DNA of 64,000 nucleotides from Sphingomonadaceae bacterium (GTDB taxonomy: Bacteria > Pseudomonadota > Alphaproteobacteria > Sphingomonadales > Sphingomonadaceae). The notes below the pieces were generated by a model that saw nothing but the letters and a program-made list of their open reading frames with translations, had not been told where the DNA came from and did no database searches. This document shows positions 18,662 through 28,216 of this stretch, piece by piece; within the stretch, counting starts at the first letter, position 1; each line of letters begins with the position of its first letter. The DNA is taken from positions 404 to 64,403 of the forward strand of contig CANJCQ010000011.1 of assembly GCA_947473355.1 (NCBI GenBank). The letters are read 5' to 3'. Made by a program: the position numbers and the translations under genes.

Positions 18662-19921
18662 CTACACAGCTCCAAACGCCCCTGCCGCCTCGGCAATCGC
18701 CTCATACACGGCCCCAAGATCCTCTTCTGAAATGCAATAGGGCGGCATGACGTAGACCTTGTTCCCCAGCGGGCGTAGCAGCAGGCCGCGTTCGAGGAAG
18801 AATGCCTTCAGCTTTGGTCCGACATCCGCGAGATAACCCGCATCCCCGCTCGCCAGATCGATCGCGATCATCGTGCCGCACTGGCGCGGGTTCAACAGAC
18901 CGGGAACTTTCGCCAGTCCTGCCAGCCCTTCCGTCTGTCGCGCGGCCAGTGTGGCGATACGCTCCAGCACCGGTTCATCGCGCCACACGTCGAGGTTCGC
19001 CAGGGCCGCCGCGCAATTGATGGGATTGGCGGTGTAGCTGGAGGAGTGGAAGAACTGCTGTGAGCGGTCTTGCGAGAAGTGCGCATCGTAGATCGGCGGG
19101 CTGGCTAGCGTCACTGCCAGAGGGACGGCGCCGCCGGTCAGGCCTTTCGACAGGCACATGATATCCGGCACCACGTCTGCCTGTTCGCAGGCAAACAGCG
19201 TGCCGGTGCGGCCCCAGCCTGTCATCACTTCGTCGGCAATGAACAGCACGCCGTGCTTCGCGCAGATCGCGTGCATCGCCGCGAGGATGTGGGGCGGATA
19301 GATCAGCATGCCGCCGGAGCCGAGGATCAAGGGCTCGACGATGAAGGCGGCAGCATCGCCCTGTTTGCAGGCCGTTTCCAGCGCATCGAGCGTTTCCTGC
19401 TCCGCCCCCGCAGCGGGGTAGGGCACCGAGGTCACATCGAACAGCAGCGGCTGATAGGCCTTGGTGAACACCCCGCGCTCGCCGACCGACATGCCGCCGA
19501 AAGTGTCGCCGTGATAGGAGTGTTGCATCACGATCATGCGGTGGCGCGGCTCGCCCCGGTTAGCCCAAAAACCAAGCGCCATTTTCAGCGCGACTTCGAC
19601 TGCGGTCGAGCCGCTGTCCGAATAGAACACGTGATCGAGCGGGCGAGGGGCGATTTCCACCAGACGGCGTGCAAGCTCTTCGGCGGGTTCGTGGGTCCAG
19701 CCGGCGAAGATGATCTGGTCGAGCTTTTCAGCCTGTGCCCGGATCGCGGCGACGATCTTCGGGTGGCAGTGGCTGTGGGTGGTGACCCACCAGCTGGAAA
19801 TGGCGTCGATAATTCGCTTTCCGTCGGCGGTGTGCAGCGCCGCGCCTTGCGCGCTGGTGACCAACGGGATCGGCTCTTCGAGGCCGTGCTGGGTGAAGGG
19901 GTGCCAGACCGGGGAGGTCAT
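18662..19921 (-). CDS. bioA: Adenosylmethionine-8-amino-7-oxononanoate aminotransferase
   Basis: [51 protein letters not shown]. Start overlaps the bioD stop. Confidence 0.96.
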   Translation of the reverse strand: MTSPVWHPFTQHGLEEPIPLVTSAQGAALHTADGKRIIDAISSWWVTTHSHCHPKIVAAIRAQAEKLDQIIFAGWTHEPAEELARRLVEIAPRPLDHVFYSDSGSTAVEVALKMALGFWANRGEPRHRMIVMQHSYHGDTFGGMSVGERGVFTKAYQPLLFDVTSVPYPAAGAEQETLDALETACKQGDAAAFIVEPLILGSGGMLIYPPHILAAMHAICAKHGVLFIADEVMTGWGRTGTLFACEQADVVPDIMCLSKGLTGGAVPLAVTLASPPIYDAHFSQDRSQQFFHSSSYTANPINCAAALANLDVWRDEPVLERIATLAARQTEGLAGLAKVPGLLNPRQCGTMIAIDLASGDAGYLADVGPKLKAFFLERGLLLRPLGNKVYVMPPYCISEEDLGAVYEAIAEAAGAFGAV

Positions 19922-20559
19922 GCGAAGGCCTTCAGGTCGATCTGGGCGGCGAAGGCTGCGCGAAGATTTTCGGCAGTCAGCGGATCGAGATGGGGCAAGC
20001 GGCCGAGATGGCGCACAGCGCCGATGCGGGGGATGGCCTCCTCGGCAACTGGCTCGGCATGGCCCGAAAAGGCCACGCCCAGCACTGCGACACCCCGCGC
20101 GCGCAGGGCTTCGAGCGAAAGCAGGGTGTGGTTGATCGTGCCCAGCGCCGTGCGCGCCACCAGCACGACGGGCAGGCCCCAGCACGCGAAGAGGTCGGCG
20201 GCAAGAAGGCCCCCATTGGCATCGGCGCCAAAGGGCACCAGCACCCCGCCGGCACCTTCGACTACCAGCGGGCCGTCGCCATCGGGCAGGGTCAGCCGCG
20301 CCGGATCGATCGTCACCCCGTCAATCCGGGCGGCCGCATGCGGCGAACACGGCGTGTTGAGGCGATAGGCCTCGGGCAGCACCAATGCCTTGCCGCCGCT
20401 GAGCCGTGCGACCGTCTCGCTGTCCGTCTCGCCGTCCAGACCCGCCTGCACCGGCTTCCAGTAGCGCGCGCCCAGATGCGCGGCGAGACCAGCGGCGAAC
20501 ACAGTCTTGCCGACATCGGTGTCGGTGCCGGTGATGGCAAAGCGGCGGGGTCCGTTCAT
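19918..20559 (-). CDS. bioD: Dethiobiotin synthase
   Basis: [34 protein letters not shown]. Confidence 0.96.
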   Translation of the reverse strand: MNGPRRFAITGTDTDVGKTVFAAGLAAHLGARYWKPVQAGLDGETDSETVARLSGGKALVLPEAYRLNTPCSPHAAARIDGVTIDPARLTLPDGDGPLVVEGAGGVLVPFGADANGGLLAADLFACWGLPVVLVARTALGTINHTLLSLEALRARGVAVLGVAFSGHAEPVAEEAIPRIGAVRHLGRLPHLDPLTAENLRAAFAAQIDLKAFA

Positions 20560-20674
20560 CACGCCGCTATGCCGCTGACTGGCGCGTGCGTCGAGGGCAA
20601 GCTGTCTGATTGTGACGAAGTAGCGTCAAATGGTACGATTGCGTACAACGCAAAGCTAACCGCGTTAATTGCAT

Positions 20675-20713
20675 TTGTGCAATGCGGCGCGTTCCATATG
20701 CTGCACTGCACAA
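20675..20713. promoter_or_regulatory. Putative PhaR-type operator (inverted pair)
   Basis: TTGTGCAATGCGGCG-N9-TGCTGCACTGCACAA. The right half is the exact reverse complement of 40689-40703 and fits the alphaproteobacterial PhaR consensus TGCRNYGCASMA as recalled. Confidence 0.5.
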
Positions 20714-20759
20714 CGAAGGATGTCGAGGCGATCTGAAACCCTCCCCAAAGGAATTCATC

Positions 20760-21056
20760 ATGCGCCGTTCGCTTATTGCACTCACTGCCGCTTTCGCTCT
20801 CACCGTTCCGGGCATCGCCCTCGCCGATGCGCCTGAGCCGATCAGCTTCGTCCACAATGGCGTCGAATACAGCTATACCATCGCCCAGCAAGGCGAGGCC
20901 CGCGTGCTCACCGGCGCTGCCAACCACGGCGCCGTGCCTTTCCGTCTTCGGGTATCGGGAAAGCGCGTTTCGGGCACCTTCAATGGTCAGCCGATCGAAT
21001 TCTCGCTGCGCGATGTGCAGCACCAGCAAGGCATCGTCATCGTCGCTGCACGCTGA
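20760..21056 (+). CDS. Small secreted hypothetical protein
   Basis: Signal peptide MRRSLIALTAAFALTVPGIALA; beta-rich mature part; SD-like AAGGA upstream; followed by a terminator hairpin. Confidence 0.75.
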   Translation: MRRSLIALTAAFALTVPGIALADAPEPISFVHNGVEYSYTIAQQGEARVLTGAANHGAVPFRLRVSGKRVSGTFNGQPIEFSLRDVQHQQGIVIVAAR

Positions 21057-21079
21057 AATCTGACACCGGACACGAATGC

Positions 21080-21103
21080 GGGGGCGCTCTGCGGAGTGCC
21101 CCC
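21080..21103. terminator. Probable bidirectional terminator hairpin
   Basis: GGGGGCGCTC-TGCG-GAGTGCCCCC between convergent genes. Confidence 0.65.
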
Positions 21104-21121
21104 ATTATCTCAGGCGTTTCT

Positions 21122-22162
21122 TCATGCTATCCCCGGCAGCAGCCCGGCCGCAGGATTGCGATCACCCATGAAGCTGCGGTGCATGTCGTAGGGGTAGACC
21201 AGCGGCAGGGCGCTAGCTTGATCGAGCCGGGCCATTTCCGCGTCAGACAGTGACCATGTCGAGGCGCCCAGGTTGTCTTCCAGCTGGGCCATGGTCCGCG
21301 CGCCGACGATGATCGAGGCGACCCCGGCCTTGCGCGCCAGCCAGTTCAGCGAAACCTGACTCAGGCTCTTGCCGCGTTCGCCCGCTATGGCCGCGACCAC
21401 ATCGACTACTCCACGCGTAAATTCATTGTCCATCGCCGGAAGGCTGCCGCGACCGCCGAGCCGGGTGCCGCTTGCGTCCCCGCCGCTGCGGAACTTGCCC
21501 GAGAGGAAGCCCGAGGCCAGCGGGCCCCAGATCAGTGCGCCCAGCCCTTCATTCACCCCCAGCGGCAGCAATTCATTCTCGGCATTGCGGTCGAGCAGTG
21601 AATAGCGGATTTGCTGACTGATATAGCGAGTGAGGCCGAGCTTGTCCGAAGTCGCCAGCGCGCGCATCTTGGTCCAGCCGGCGTGATTGGACGAGCCGAT
21701 ATAGCGCACCTTGCCGCTGCGCACGAGATCGTCGAGCGCGCGCAGCGTCTCCTCCGGCGGCACGATCAGGTCCTGGTTGTGGATCTGGTAAAGGTCGATG
21801 TAATCGGTGCCGAGCCGTTTCAGGCTGGCATCGCAGGCCTCAATGATGTGCTTGCGGCTGGCGCCCAAATCGTTGACCCCGGGCCCCATGCGGGCAAGGC
21901 ACTTGGTGGCGATCAGCACCTGTTGCCGGATCGGCTTCAGCACTTCGCCGAGCAACTCTTCCGACTGGCCACTGGTGTAAACGTCAGCAGTGTCGAACAG
22001 GTTGACGCCCATATCGAGGCAGCGGGCGATCTGGGCGCGCGCGTCCTCGCCCTTGGTGTTGCCCACGGTCTTGTAGATGCCCGAGCCGTCGCCGAAGGTC
22101 ATCGCCCCGAAGCTGAACGCCGATACCTTGAGGCCGCTGCGGCCGAGCAGGCGATATTCCAT
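21122..22162 (-). CDS. Aldo/keto reductase
   Basis: LGRSGLKVS, FDTADVY, IATK, DYIDLYQIH, GKVRYIGSSN. Confidence 0.94.
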   Translation of the reverse strand: MEYRLLGRSGLKVSAFSFGAMTFGDGSGIYKTVGNTKGEDARAQIARCLDMGVNLFDTADVYTSGQSEELLGEVLKPIRQQVLIATKCLARMGPGVNDLGASRKHIIEACDASLKRLGTDYIDLYQIHNQDLIVPPEETLRALDDLVRSGKVRYIGSSNHAGWTKMRALATSDKLGLTRYISQQIRYSLLDRNAENELLPLGVNEGLGALIWGPLASGFLSGKFRSGGDASGTRLGGRGSLPAMDNEFTRGVVDVVAAIAGERGKSLSQVSLNWLARKAGVASIIVGARTMAQLEDNLGASTWSLSDAEMARLDQASALPLVYPYDMHRSFMGDRNPAAGLLPGIA

Positions 22163-22244
22163 GACTATTCAACTCCCCAATTACTGCGCCACTTGAGCCA
22201 CAAAAGCGCAACCTGCGCAATTAGGGGAAGCCCTTGGGGCTCCG

Positions 22245-22685
22245 TTAAGGGCTGGGCATGCTCTCGCCCGGCTGCATGATTTCAAACACATTGCCGTCCG
22301 GATCGCGGCAATAGGCGGCGCGCATGGAGCCGCCGTTGAAGGTCTGCAGCCGGCCATGGATCGGCACGCCTGCGGCCTTGAGCTTGTCAAAGGTCACCTG
22401 GACATCGTCGACAGTCAGCCCGAAGTGCGAAATGCCCCGGTCGCTGACCGGGTAGGCGGGATCCTTGGGCTTGCTATCCGCGAACTCGAACAGCTCGAGC
22501 CACAGATTGCCGCCTGCGATCATGCACATGCGGCCATGCACTTCGGGAATGTCCATGATTTCGGAGAACTGCGGCCCGCTGAACGGAAATGGATCGCCGA
22601 GCGGCTCCATGCCGAACATCTCGCGGTAGAAAGCCATTGAGCGGTCGAGGTCGGTGACCGATATGCCGACGTGATTGAATTTCAT
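22245..22685 (-). CDS. VOC (glyoxalase/bleomycin resistance) family protein
   Basis: NHVGISV.DL.RS..FY, HFGL.V, Y.RDPDGN.FE. Confidence 0.9.
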   Translation of the reverse strand: MKFNHVGISVTDLDRSMAFYREMFGMEPLGDPFPFSGPQFSEIMDIPEVHGRMCMIAGGNLWLELFEFADSKPKDPAYPVSDRGISHFGLTVDDVQVTFDKLKAAGVPIHGRLQTFNGGSMRAAYCRDPDGNVFEIMQPGESMPSP

Positions 22686-22729
22686 GGGTTATCTCCAAGT
22701 GCAACCTACACAATAATCGCCATAACTCG

Positions 22730-22888
22730 CTCCTCTCCCCTTGCGGGAGAGGAAAGTGCAGCTTGCGGACTTGTCCGCTAGCGTAGCTTGGAGAGGGGGC
22801 CGCGAGGAACGTAGCTCGCCCCCTCTCCAACTACGGCTAGGCAACAAGTTGCCAAGCCTTCGTATCCTCTCCCGCGAGGGGAGAGGAG
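22730..22888. repeat. Compound palindromic element, family C copy 1 (159 bp)
   Basis: Terminal arms CTCCTCTCCCCTTGCGGGAGAGGA / TCCTCTCCCGCGAGGGGAGAGGAG with internal hairpins (GCGGACTTGTCCGC, GCAACAAGTTGC, GAGAGGGGGC..GCCCCCTCTC). Collinear with 52623-52806 in reverse orientation. Confidence 0.9.
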
Positions 22889-22913
22889 TGGTTTGTTCTC
22901 GTCGGCTTCCGCA

Positions 22914-23756
22914 TCAAAGCGCCCGAGAAGTTCGGAAGTGTTCAAGGACTTGCGCGCCATTCGGCCCCGCGGTCATCGCCGGGATGGCGCTGCCGCGCGT
23001 GGCGATCAGCACGTCGTCCACCGCGAAGCTCTTGCCGCCTGCCTCGATCGATCCTTCCATCACCAGCGCGCCATAGGCATCGCCGCGCGTGCAGGCCGCG
23101 ATGTTCTCGCCCGGCGCCAGATGGGTGAGGCGGACATGGCCGCGATCGGGATCACCCGGATCGCCGAGCTCCCACGACCAGCCAGGCGCCAGCTTGCTCT
23201 TCCACATGCCGTCCGCCCCTTCGAGCGACAGGCTGGAGTTGCCCTCGTTGCGCTTGTTGACCCCCTCGCGCGGCTTGATCACATGATTGCCCAAGCGCAG
23301 GGTCGGGTGGTCGTGGTATTCGGGGCCATAGCCGCCGGGCGACAGCGCGACATCGGCGAATATCTCCAGCAGGCGGCATCCCGAGGGGCCGATCAGCAAG
23401 GGGCCATATTCGATCGACGGCGCAGCGACGAAGACATCGCCGGGCTGCATATACCAGTCGCCGATCATGCAGCCACCCTCGACTATGACGACGACCGTCC
23501 AGCAATCGTGCCAGTGCATCGGCCACAACTGATTGGGCGGCATGCGGATATCGGGCACCAGCATCTGGAAACTATCGCTGGCTTCACCCAGCATGATGCT
23601 CTCGCTCCAGGTCTGGCCGCCGGGGATTTCATTGGTGACCACGTTGTCCGGCCCCGCCTTGCCGCCGGGATAGAGCCGCCGCAGCGTCACGCCGGGGGCG
23701 ATCTCCTCGACATGAAAGGGTTTCTCCGGGACCATCGATCGGACTGGGGCGTTCAT
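22914..23756 (-). CDS. Cupin-fold (ChrR-like) protein of unknown function
   Basis: P.HWHD.WT....VEGG...G....QPGD....P....YGP cupin pattern; a second degenerate cupin in the C-terminal half. Confidence 0.6.
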   Translation of the reverse strand: MNAPVRSMVPEKPFHVEEIAPGVTLRRLYPGGKAGPDNVVTNEIPGGQTWSESIMLGEASDSFQMLVPDIRMPPNQLWPMHWHDCWTVVVIVEGGCMIGDWYMQPGDVFVAAPSIEYGPLLIGPSGCRLLEIFADVALSPGGYGPEYHDHPTLRLGNHVIKPREGVNKRNEGNSSLSLEGADGMWKSKLAPGWSWELGDPGDPDRGHVRLTHLAPGENIAACTRGDAYGALVMEGSIEAGGKSFAVDDVLIATRGSAIPAMTAGPNGAQVLEHFRTSRAL

Positions 23757-23822
23757 GGTTCACTCTCCTTGGGCGGCTCTTGTGGCCTGATGCCGCATCA
23801 TGGCCTGCTGTTGAGACAAGAA

Positions 23823-23879
23823 TCAATGGGAGATTGAACTTCAAAGGGAGATTGACAGGGCCGCCTGCTCCCGCACTAT
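23823..23879 (+). promoter_or_regulatory. Tandem operator overlapping a sigma70-type promoter of the hydantoinase cluster
   Basis: TCAATGGGAGATTGA (23823-23837) and TCAAAGGGAGATTGA (23841-23855). The second overlaps TTGACA (23852-23857); CACTAT at 23874-23879. Confidence 0.55.
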
Positions 23880-23924
23880 GCGCTCAACAAGGCAGGGCCA
23901 CCAAAGCGCCCGCCGGGGAGAGCA

Positions 23925-26069
23925 ATGGCAGACCGCGATATCCTGATCGGCGTCGATGTCGGCGGCACATTCACCGATGCCGTGGTGATGGTCGGCGGCG
24001 CGAGCTTCCGCGCCAAATCGCCCAGCACCTATCCCGAGATCGGGCGCGGGGTGCTGGCGGCTTGCGAGCTGGCGGCGCGCGCATCGGGGCAGGAACTGGC
24101 CGAGCTGCTGCCGCGCGTTAAGAAATTCGGGCTGGGGACGACGGCCGTGACCAATGTCATCGCCACCCGCACGGGGCTGAAGACCGGGCTCGTGACCACC
24201 AAAGGCTTCGAGGAAACCCTGCGGCTCGCGCGCGGGCGCACCAGTGAGCAGGATGGCTGGCTGATGCCGGTCGATGCACTGGTCGAGGCGCGGGCGATTG
24301 TCGGGATCGACGAGCGGATCGACCGGGACGGCGGAGTGCTCAAAGCACTCGATCCGGCCGATGTGGTCAGGGCCGGACGCTATCTGGCCGATGAGGTCGG
24401 GGTGGAGAGCATCGCCGTCTCCTTCCTGTGGTCGTTCCTCAACGAGGACCATGAGCGAGAGGCGGCGCGGCTGTTGCGGGAGGCTTTGCCGGGAATGCCG
24501 ATCTCCTCCGGGGTCGAACTGCGCCCGGTGATCCGCGAATATGAACGCACCACGCTTGCCGTGCTCAATGCCTATGCCACCGGCGCCTATCGCGGGGTCG
24601 ACGGCTTAGCTGCGCAATTGCGCGAGGCCGGCCTCGCCGCGCCTGTGCTGCTCTGCCATTCGGGCGGCGGTGCGATTTCGGTCGAACAGGCGCGCGAGCA
24701 GCCGGTGTGGCTGGCGGCTTCCGGCCCGGCGGCAGGGGTTGCCGCAGCGGCGCGGATTGCGCGCGATGCGGGCGAGGACAAAGTTTTGACCTGCGATCTG
24801 GGCGGCACATCCTTCGATGTCGCGCATCTGGCGGATGGCGCCCCGGCGCGCACCCAGCGCGGCGACCTGATGGGGTTCTGGACAGCGCTACCGCGTGTCG
24901 ATGTCGAATCAGTGGGCGCGGGCGGCGGGTCGCTGGCCTGGATCGATGAACGCTCAATGCTGCGGGTCGGGCCAAGGTCGGCGGGCTCCTCGCCGGGGCC
25001 AGTTTGTTATGGGCGGGGCGGTACACAGGTGGCGCTGACCGATGCCTTGCTGGTGCTCGGCTATATCGATCCGGCGCGGTTTCTGGGTGGCACCATGGTG
25101 CTCGACCGCGAGGCGGCGTTGGCCGCTTGCGGCAAGCTGGGCGAGGCGCTGGGGCTGGATGCTGTCGATGCCGCCTGGGGCGTGCGCGAGATTGCTGTGG
25201 CCGAGATGGTCAAGGCGGTGCGAGCGCGGCTATCCAATCATGCGCTGGCTGCGGCGGAGCATTGTTTGGTGAGCTATGGCGGCTGTGGCGCGCTGTTTGC
25301 GGCGGAAGTGGCGAAGCTGGCGGGCATCCCCCGCGTGCTGGTTCCGGAGCTGGCCTCGGTGCTTTCCGCCTATGGCGCGGCGACGATGGATATCCGGCGC
25401 GAGCGGTTGACCACCTTGCTGATGAAGCTGCCGGGCGATGCGGATCAGATCGACCGCACTTTCGCCGCCCTGCGCGAAGCCGTGTGGCAGGATCTTGCGG
25501 CGGACGGCGTCGCGGAAGCAGACCGCGAAGTGCGCTTCGAGCTTGATATGCGCTGGTTCTTGCAGCGCTGGGAGCTGACCATTGCCGTGCCGGGCGAGCC
25601 GGTGCTGGGCGATGGCGGGGCCCAGGCCGAGGCCCTGTTCCGCGCCGAGTATCTGCGGCGGTTTGGCGCGGCATCGACGACGACTTCGGGGATTGTCGAG
25701 CTGGTCGGGATCAGGGCTGTGGGGGTTGGGCGGATGGAGGACGAAATCCTCCCCGAGCTTGCTCGGGGAGGGGGACCGCCCGCGCAGCGGGTGGTGGAGG
25801 GGAATCCGCAAAGTACCCCTCCGTCATCGCTGCGCGATGCCACCTCCCCGAGACAAGCTCGGGGAGGATCAAGCGAGCGTCCGGTCAGCCTCAGGCGTTC
25901 GCACCCGTCCGAACCTATCGAAGTTCACGACACTGCCACCCTCGCCCCCGGCGACCACTTCACCGGTCCGGCGCTGGTCGATTCATCGGACACGACAATC
26001 TGGGTGCCCAAGGGTATGACGGCCCGAGTCGATCCGAACCGCACTCTGGTTATCGAGGTCTGCACATGA
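23925..26069 (+). CDS. Hydantoinase/oxoprolinase A subunit (ATP-binding; AcxA/ApcC-like)
   Basis: GVDVGGTFTD, GTTAVTN, TTKGF.E, SGPAAG, DLGGTSFD, GAGGGS, GP.SAGS.PGPVCYG, SAYG. Contains an in-frame palindromic insert. Confidence 0.93.
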   Translation: MADRDILIGVDVGGTFTDAVVMVGGASFRAKSPSTYPEIGRGVLAACELAARASGQELAELLPRVKKFGLGTTAVTNVIATRTGLKTGLVTTKGFEETLRLARGRTSEQDGWLMPVDALVEARAIVGIDERIDRDGGVLKALDPADVVRAGRYLADEVGVESIAVSFLWSFLNEDHEREAARLLREALPGMPISSGVELRPVIREYERTTLAVLNAYATGAYRGVDGLAAQLREAGLAAPVLLCHSGGGAISVEQAREQPVWLAASGPAAGVAAAARIARDAGEDKVLTCDLGGTSFDVAHLADGAPARTQRGDLMGFWTALPRVDVESVGAGGGSLAWIDERSMLRVGPRSAGSSPGPVCYGRGGTQVALTDALLVLGYIDPARFLGGTMVLDREAALAACGKLGEALGLDAVDAAWGVREIAVAEMVKAVRARLSNHALAAAEHCLVSYGGCGALFAAEVAKLAGIPRVLVPELASVLSAYGAATMDIRRERLTTLLMKLPGDADQIDRTFAALREAVWQDLAADGVAEADREVRFELDMRWFLQRWELTIAVPGEPVLGDGGAQAEALFRAEYLRRFGAASTTTSGIVELVGIRAVGVGRMEDEILPELARGGGPPAQRVVEGNPQSTPPSSLRDATSPRQARGGSSERPVSLRRSHPSEPIEVHDTATLAPGDHFTGPALVDSSDTTIWVPKGMTARVDPNRTLVIEVCT
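25746..25869. repeat. Family C palindromic element inserted in frame within the hydantoinase A gene
   Basis: ATCCTCCCCGAGCTTGCTCGGGGAGG ... CCTCCCCGAGACAAGCTCGGGGAGGAT terminal inverted repeats; translated as ILPELARGGGPPAQRVVEGNPQSTPPSSLRDATSPRQARGG. Confidence 0.85.
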
Positions 26070-28216
26070 ATTATCACGCCAGCCGCACCGATGATCCCAT
26101 CGCGCCCGAGTTGCTGCGTTCGCGGCTGGAAGCCATCGGGCAGGAGGCAGGGGCCGCCGTCCAGCAGACGGCGATCTCGCCGATTGTCACCGAGAGCAAG
26201 GACTATTCGGTCACCATCCTCGATGCCGCAGGCTCTGTGATTTCTGCCTATGGCCTGATCGAGATTCATTATGGCGCGGTAATGCATGCGGTGCGCTCGA
26301 CGATAAAGGTGCACGGCGACTCCATTGCCGCTGGCGATGTGTTCCTCGCCAACGATCCGCATTCGGGCGGGGGCCTGCATCCGCAGGACGTGGTGATCCA
26401 GCGGCCGGTGTTTGAAGGTGGCAAGCTGGTCGCATGGGTTGCCCTGGCGGCGCACATGATGGACATGGGCGGCATGGTGCCCGGCTCCTCCGCCGTGGCG
26501 GCGACCGAGTGTTATCAAGAGGCGCTGCGCTTGCCGCCCGTCCGGCTGATCCGGCAGGGGGTGGAGTGCGACGACATCTGGAACATCTTCCGGATCAATG
26601 TGCGCAGCTCCGACCTCATCGAAATGGACATGCGCAGCCTTGTGATTGGCGGCGCGGTGGCCGAGGCCAAGCTTATCGAGCTGATCCGCGACATGGGCTT
26701 TGCGGCCTTCCAGTCGGCCAGCAGTGCGCTGCTCGCCGGGGTCGAGCGGGTGCTGCGCGAGCGTATCTCGCTGCTGGAGGACGGGCACTATTTCTCCACG
26801 GCCTGGATCGAGTGGGGCGGCGACGTGATGCGCATGCCCTGCACCATGGAAGTGCGTGGGCACAGGCTGATCTTCGATCTCACCGAAGCCCCGCCGCAGG
26901 TGCCGAGCTTCATCAATTCCAAGGAATACATCATCCGCGCCCAGATCGGCCCGCGCATGCGCCAATTGCTCGCGCCCGGCCTGCCGTTCAATCAGCCAGT
27001 GCTCGATATTGTCGAGATCATTTCCAAGCCCGGCACTTTGGTCAATTCGGTCAGTCCGGCGCCAATTGCCGCCGCGCATATGGATGCGGCGATGGCAGTG
27101 TTCACTGCGGCCGGCCAATGCATGCAGATGGCGCTGCATGCTTCGAAAAGCGCGATGGAGCGCGATCGGACGACTTCGCCGGCGCTCGCCGCCTATGGCA
27201 CTGGGCGCTGGACCTATCTCGATCATTTCGGCACGCGGCGGGTCTATACGCTGATCGATGGTGCTTTCTCTGGCAGTCCGGCGGGCGGCGAGATGGACGG
27301 GCTCGATATCAAGAGCAGCCAGACACCCGGCGGAAACCAGCTCGAATTCGCCGATGTCGAGATCCTCGAGTCAAGCTATCCGCTGCTGTTCCACGAACGG
27401 CGGGCGACGACCGGCGAGCATGGCTATGGCAAGTATCGCTCGGGCGCGGGCTGTCAGGAGAGCTTCAGCGCGCATAACACCGAGACGCTTGTCGGCAACA
27501 TGACCGGCACACGGGCGTGGTTCCCCACCGGGGGCAGCGCGGGCGGCATGCCGGGCGCCTGCATGCGCTATTTCGTCCACCGTGCGGGGGGAGAGACCGA
27601 AAAGGTCGATATCCATCAGGTCGGCCTCGCGCTCGCCCCAGGCGATGTGTTCGAGATGTTTTGCGCGAGCGGCGGCGGGTACGGTGATCCGCTTGATCGT
27701 GACGCCGAGGCCGTAGCGCGCGATCTCGCCGAGGACCGGGTCGCGCCGGAGATTGCCCGCGAGATTTACGGTGCGGTGCTGGATGCCAAGGGCGGTGTCG
27801 ATTCAGTTGCTACCGAAGCCCGGCGGGCCGAGCTGCGCCAGCAGCGGCTGCGCGATGCCGCGCCGCCGGTGCGACCTGCGCCCGATCTGGCCCCCAATTT
27901 GTCATGGGGCGACGAACCCGCATTTCCGCTCTATCCAGGCGTGATCCAGCGTGGCAATCTGGCGCTGTCGGAATATTCTGGCGCCGTGCTCGCCGTGGCG
28001 CCGGATAGCTGGCTGGATGGGTGCCCGGTGCTCGACATGGCGATTGACGATCGGGCCGGGGGCACTATCGCACGTGCCCATCTGGATCCGGCGAGCGGCC
28101 GGATGCTGTTCGTCGATGTAATCCGCAAGGGCGATGGCCCGAGCATTGAATGCCGCCCCGACAGATGGGCGAAAGCAGGACATAACCTGCCAAGAAACGA
28201 AGGAGAGAAAGCATGA
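26066..28216 (+). CDS. Hydantoinase/oxoprolinase B subunit (metal-binding) with C-terminal extension
   Basis: TAISPIVTESKDYS, GDVFLANDPH.GG.LHPQD, AHMMDMGG..PGS, YQEALRLPP, GGGYGDPL.R; ATGA overlap with subunit A. Confidence 0.93.
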   Translation: MNYHASRTDDPIAPELLRSRLEAIGQEAGAAVQQTAISPIVTESKDYSVTILDAAGSVISAYGLIEIHYGAVMHAVRSTIKVHGDSIAAGDVFLANDPHSGGGLHPQDVVIQRPVFEGGKLVAWVALAAHMMDMGGMVPGSSAVAATECYQEALRLPPVRLIRQGVECDDIWNIFRINVRSSDLIEMDMRSLVIGGAVAEAKLIELIRDMGFAAFQSASSALLAGVERVLRERISLLEDGHYFSTAWIEWGGDVMRMPCTMEVRGHRLIFDLTEAPPQVPSFINSKEYIIRAQIGPRMRQLLAPGLPFNQPVLDIVEIISKPGTLVNSVSPAPIAAAHMDAAMAVFTAAGQCMQMALHASKSAMERDRTTSPALAAYGTGRWTYLDHFGTRRVYTLIDGAFSGSPAGGEMDGLDIKSSQTPGGNQLEFADVEILESSYPLLFHERRATTGEHGYGKYRSGAGCQESFSAHNTETLVGNMTGTRAWFPTGGSAGGMPGACMRYFVHRAGGETEKVDIHQVGLALAPGDVFEMFCASGGGYGDPLDRDAEAVARDLAEDRVAPEIAREIYGAVLDAKGGVDSVATEARRAELRQQRLRDAAPPVRPAPDLAPNLSWGDEPAFPLYPGVIQRGNLALSEYSGAVLAVAPDSWLDGCPVLDMAIDDRAGGTIARAHLDPASGRMLFVDVIRKGDGPSIECRPDRWAKAGHNLPRNEGEKA

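Noticed and set aside
20560-20760. BioR/BirA operator upstream of bioDA
   Set aside because: No TTATMKATAA or BirA-type palindrome is visible; the motif present fits a PhaR-like box better.
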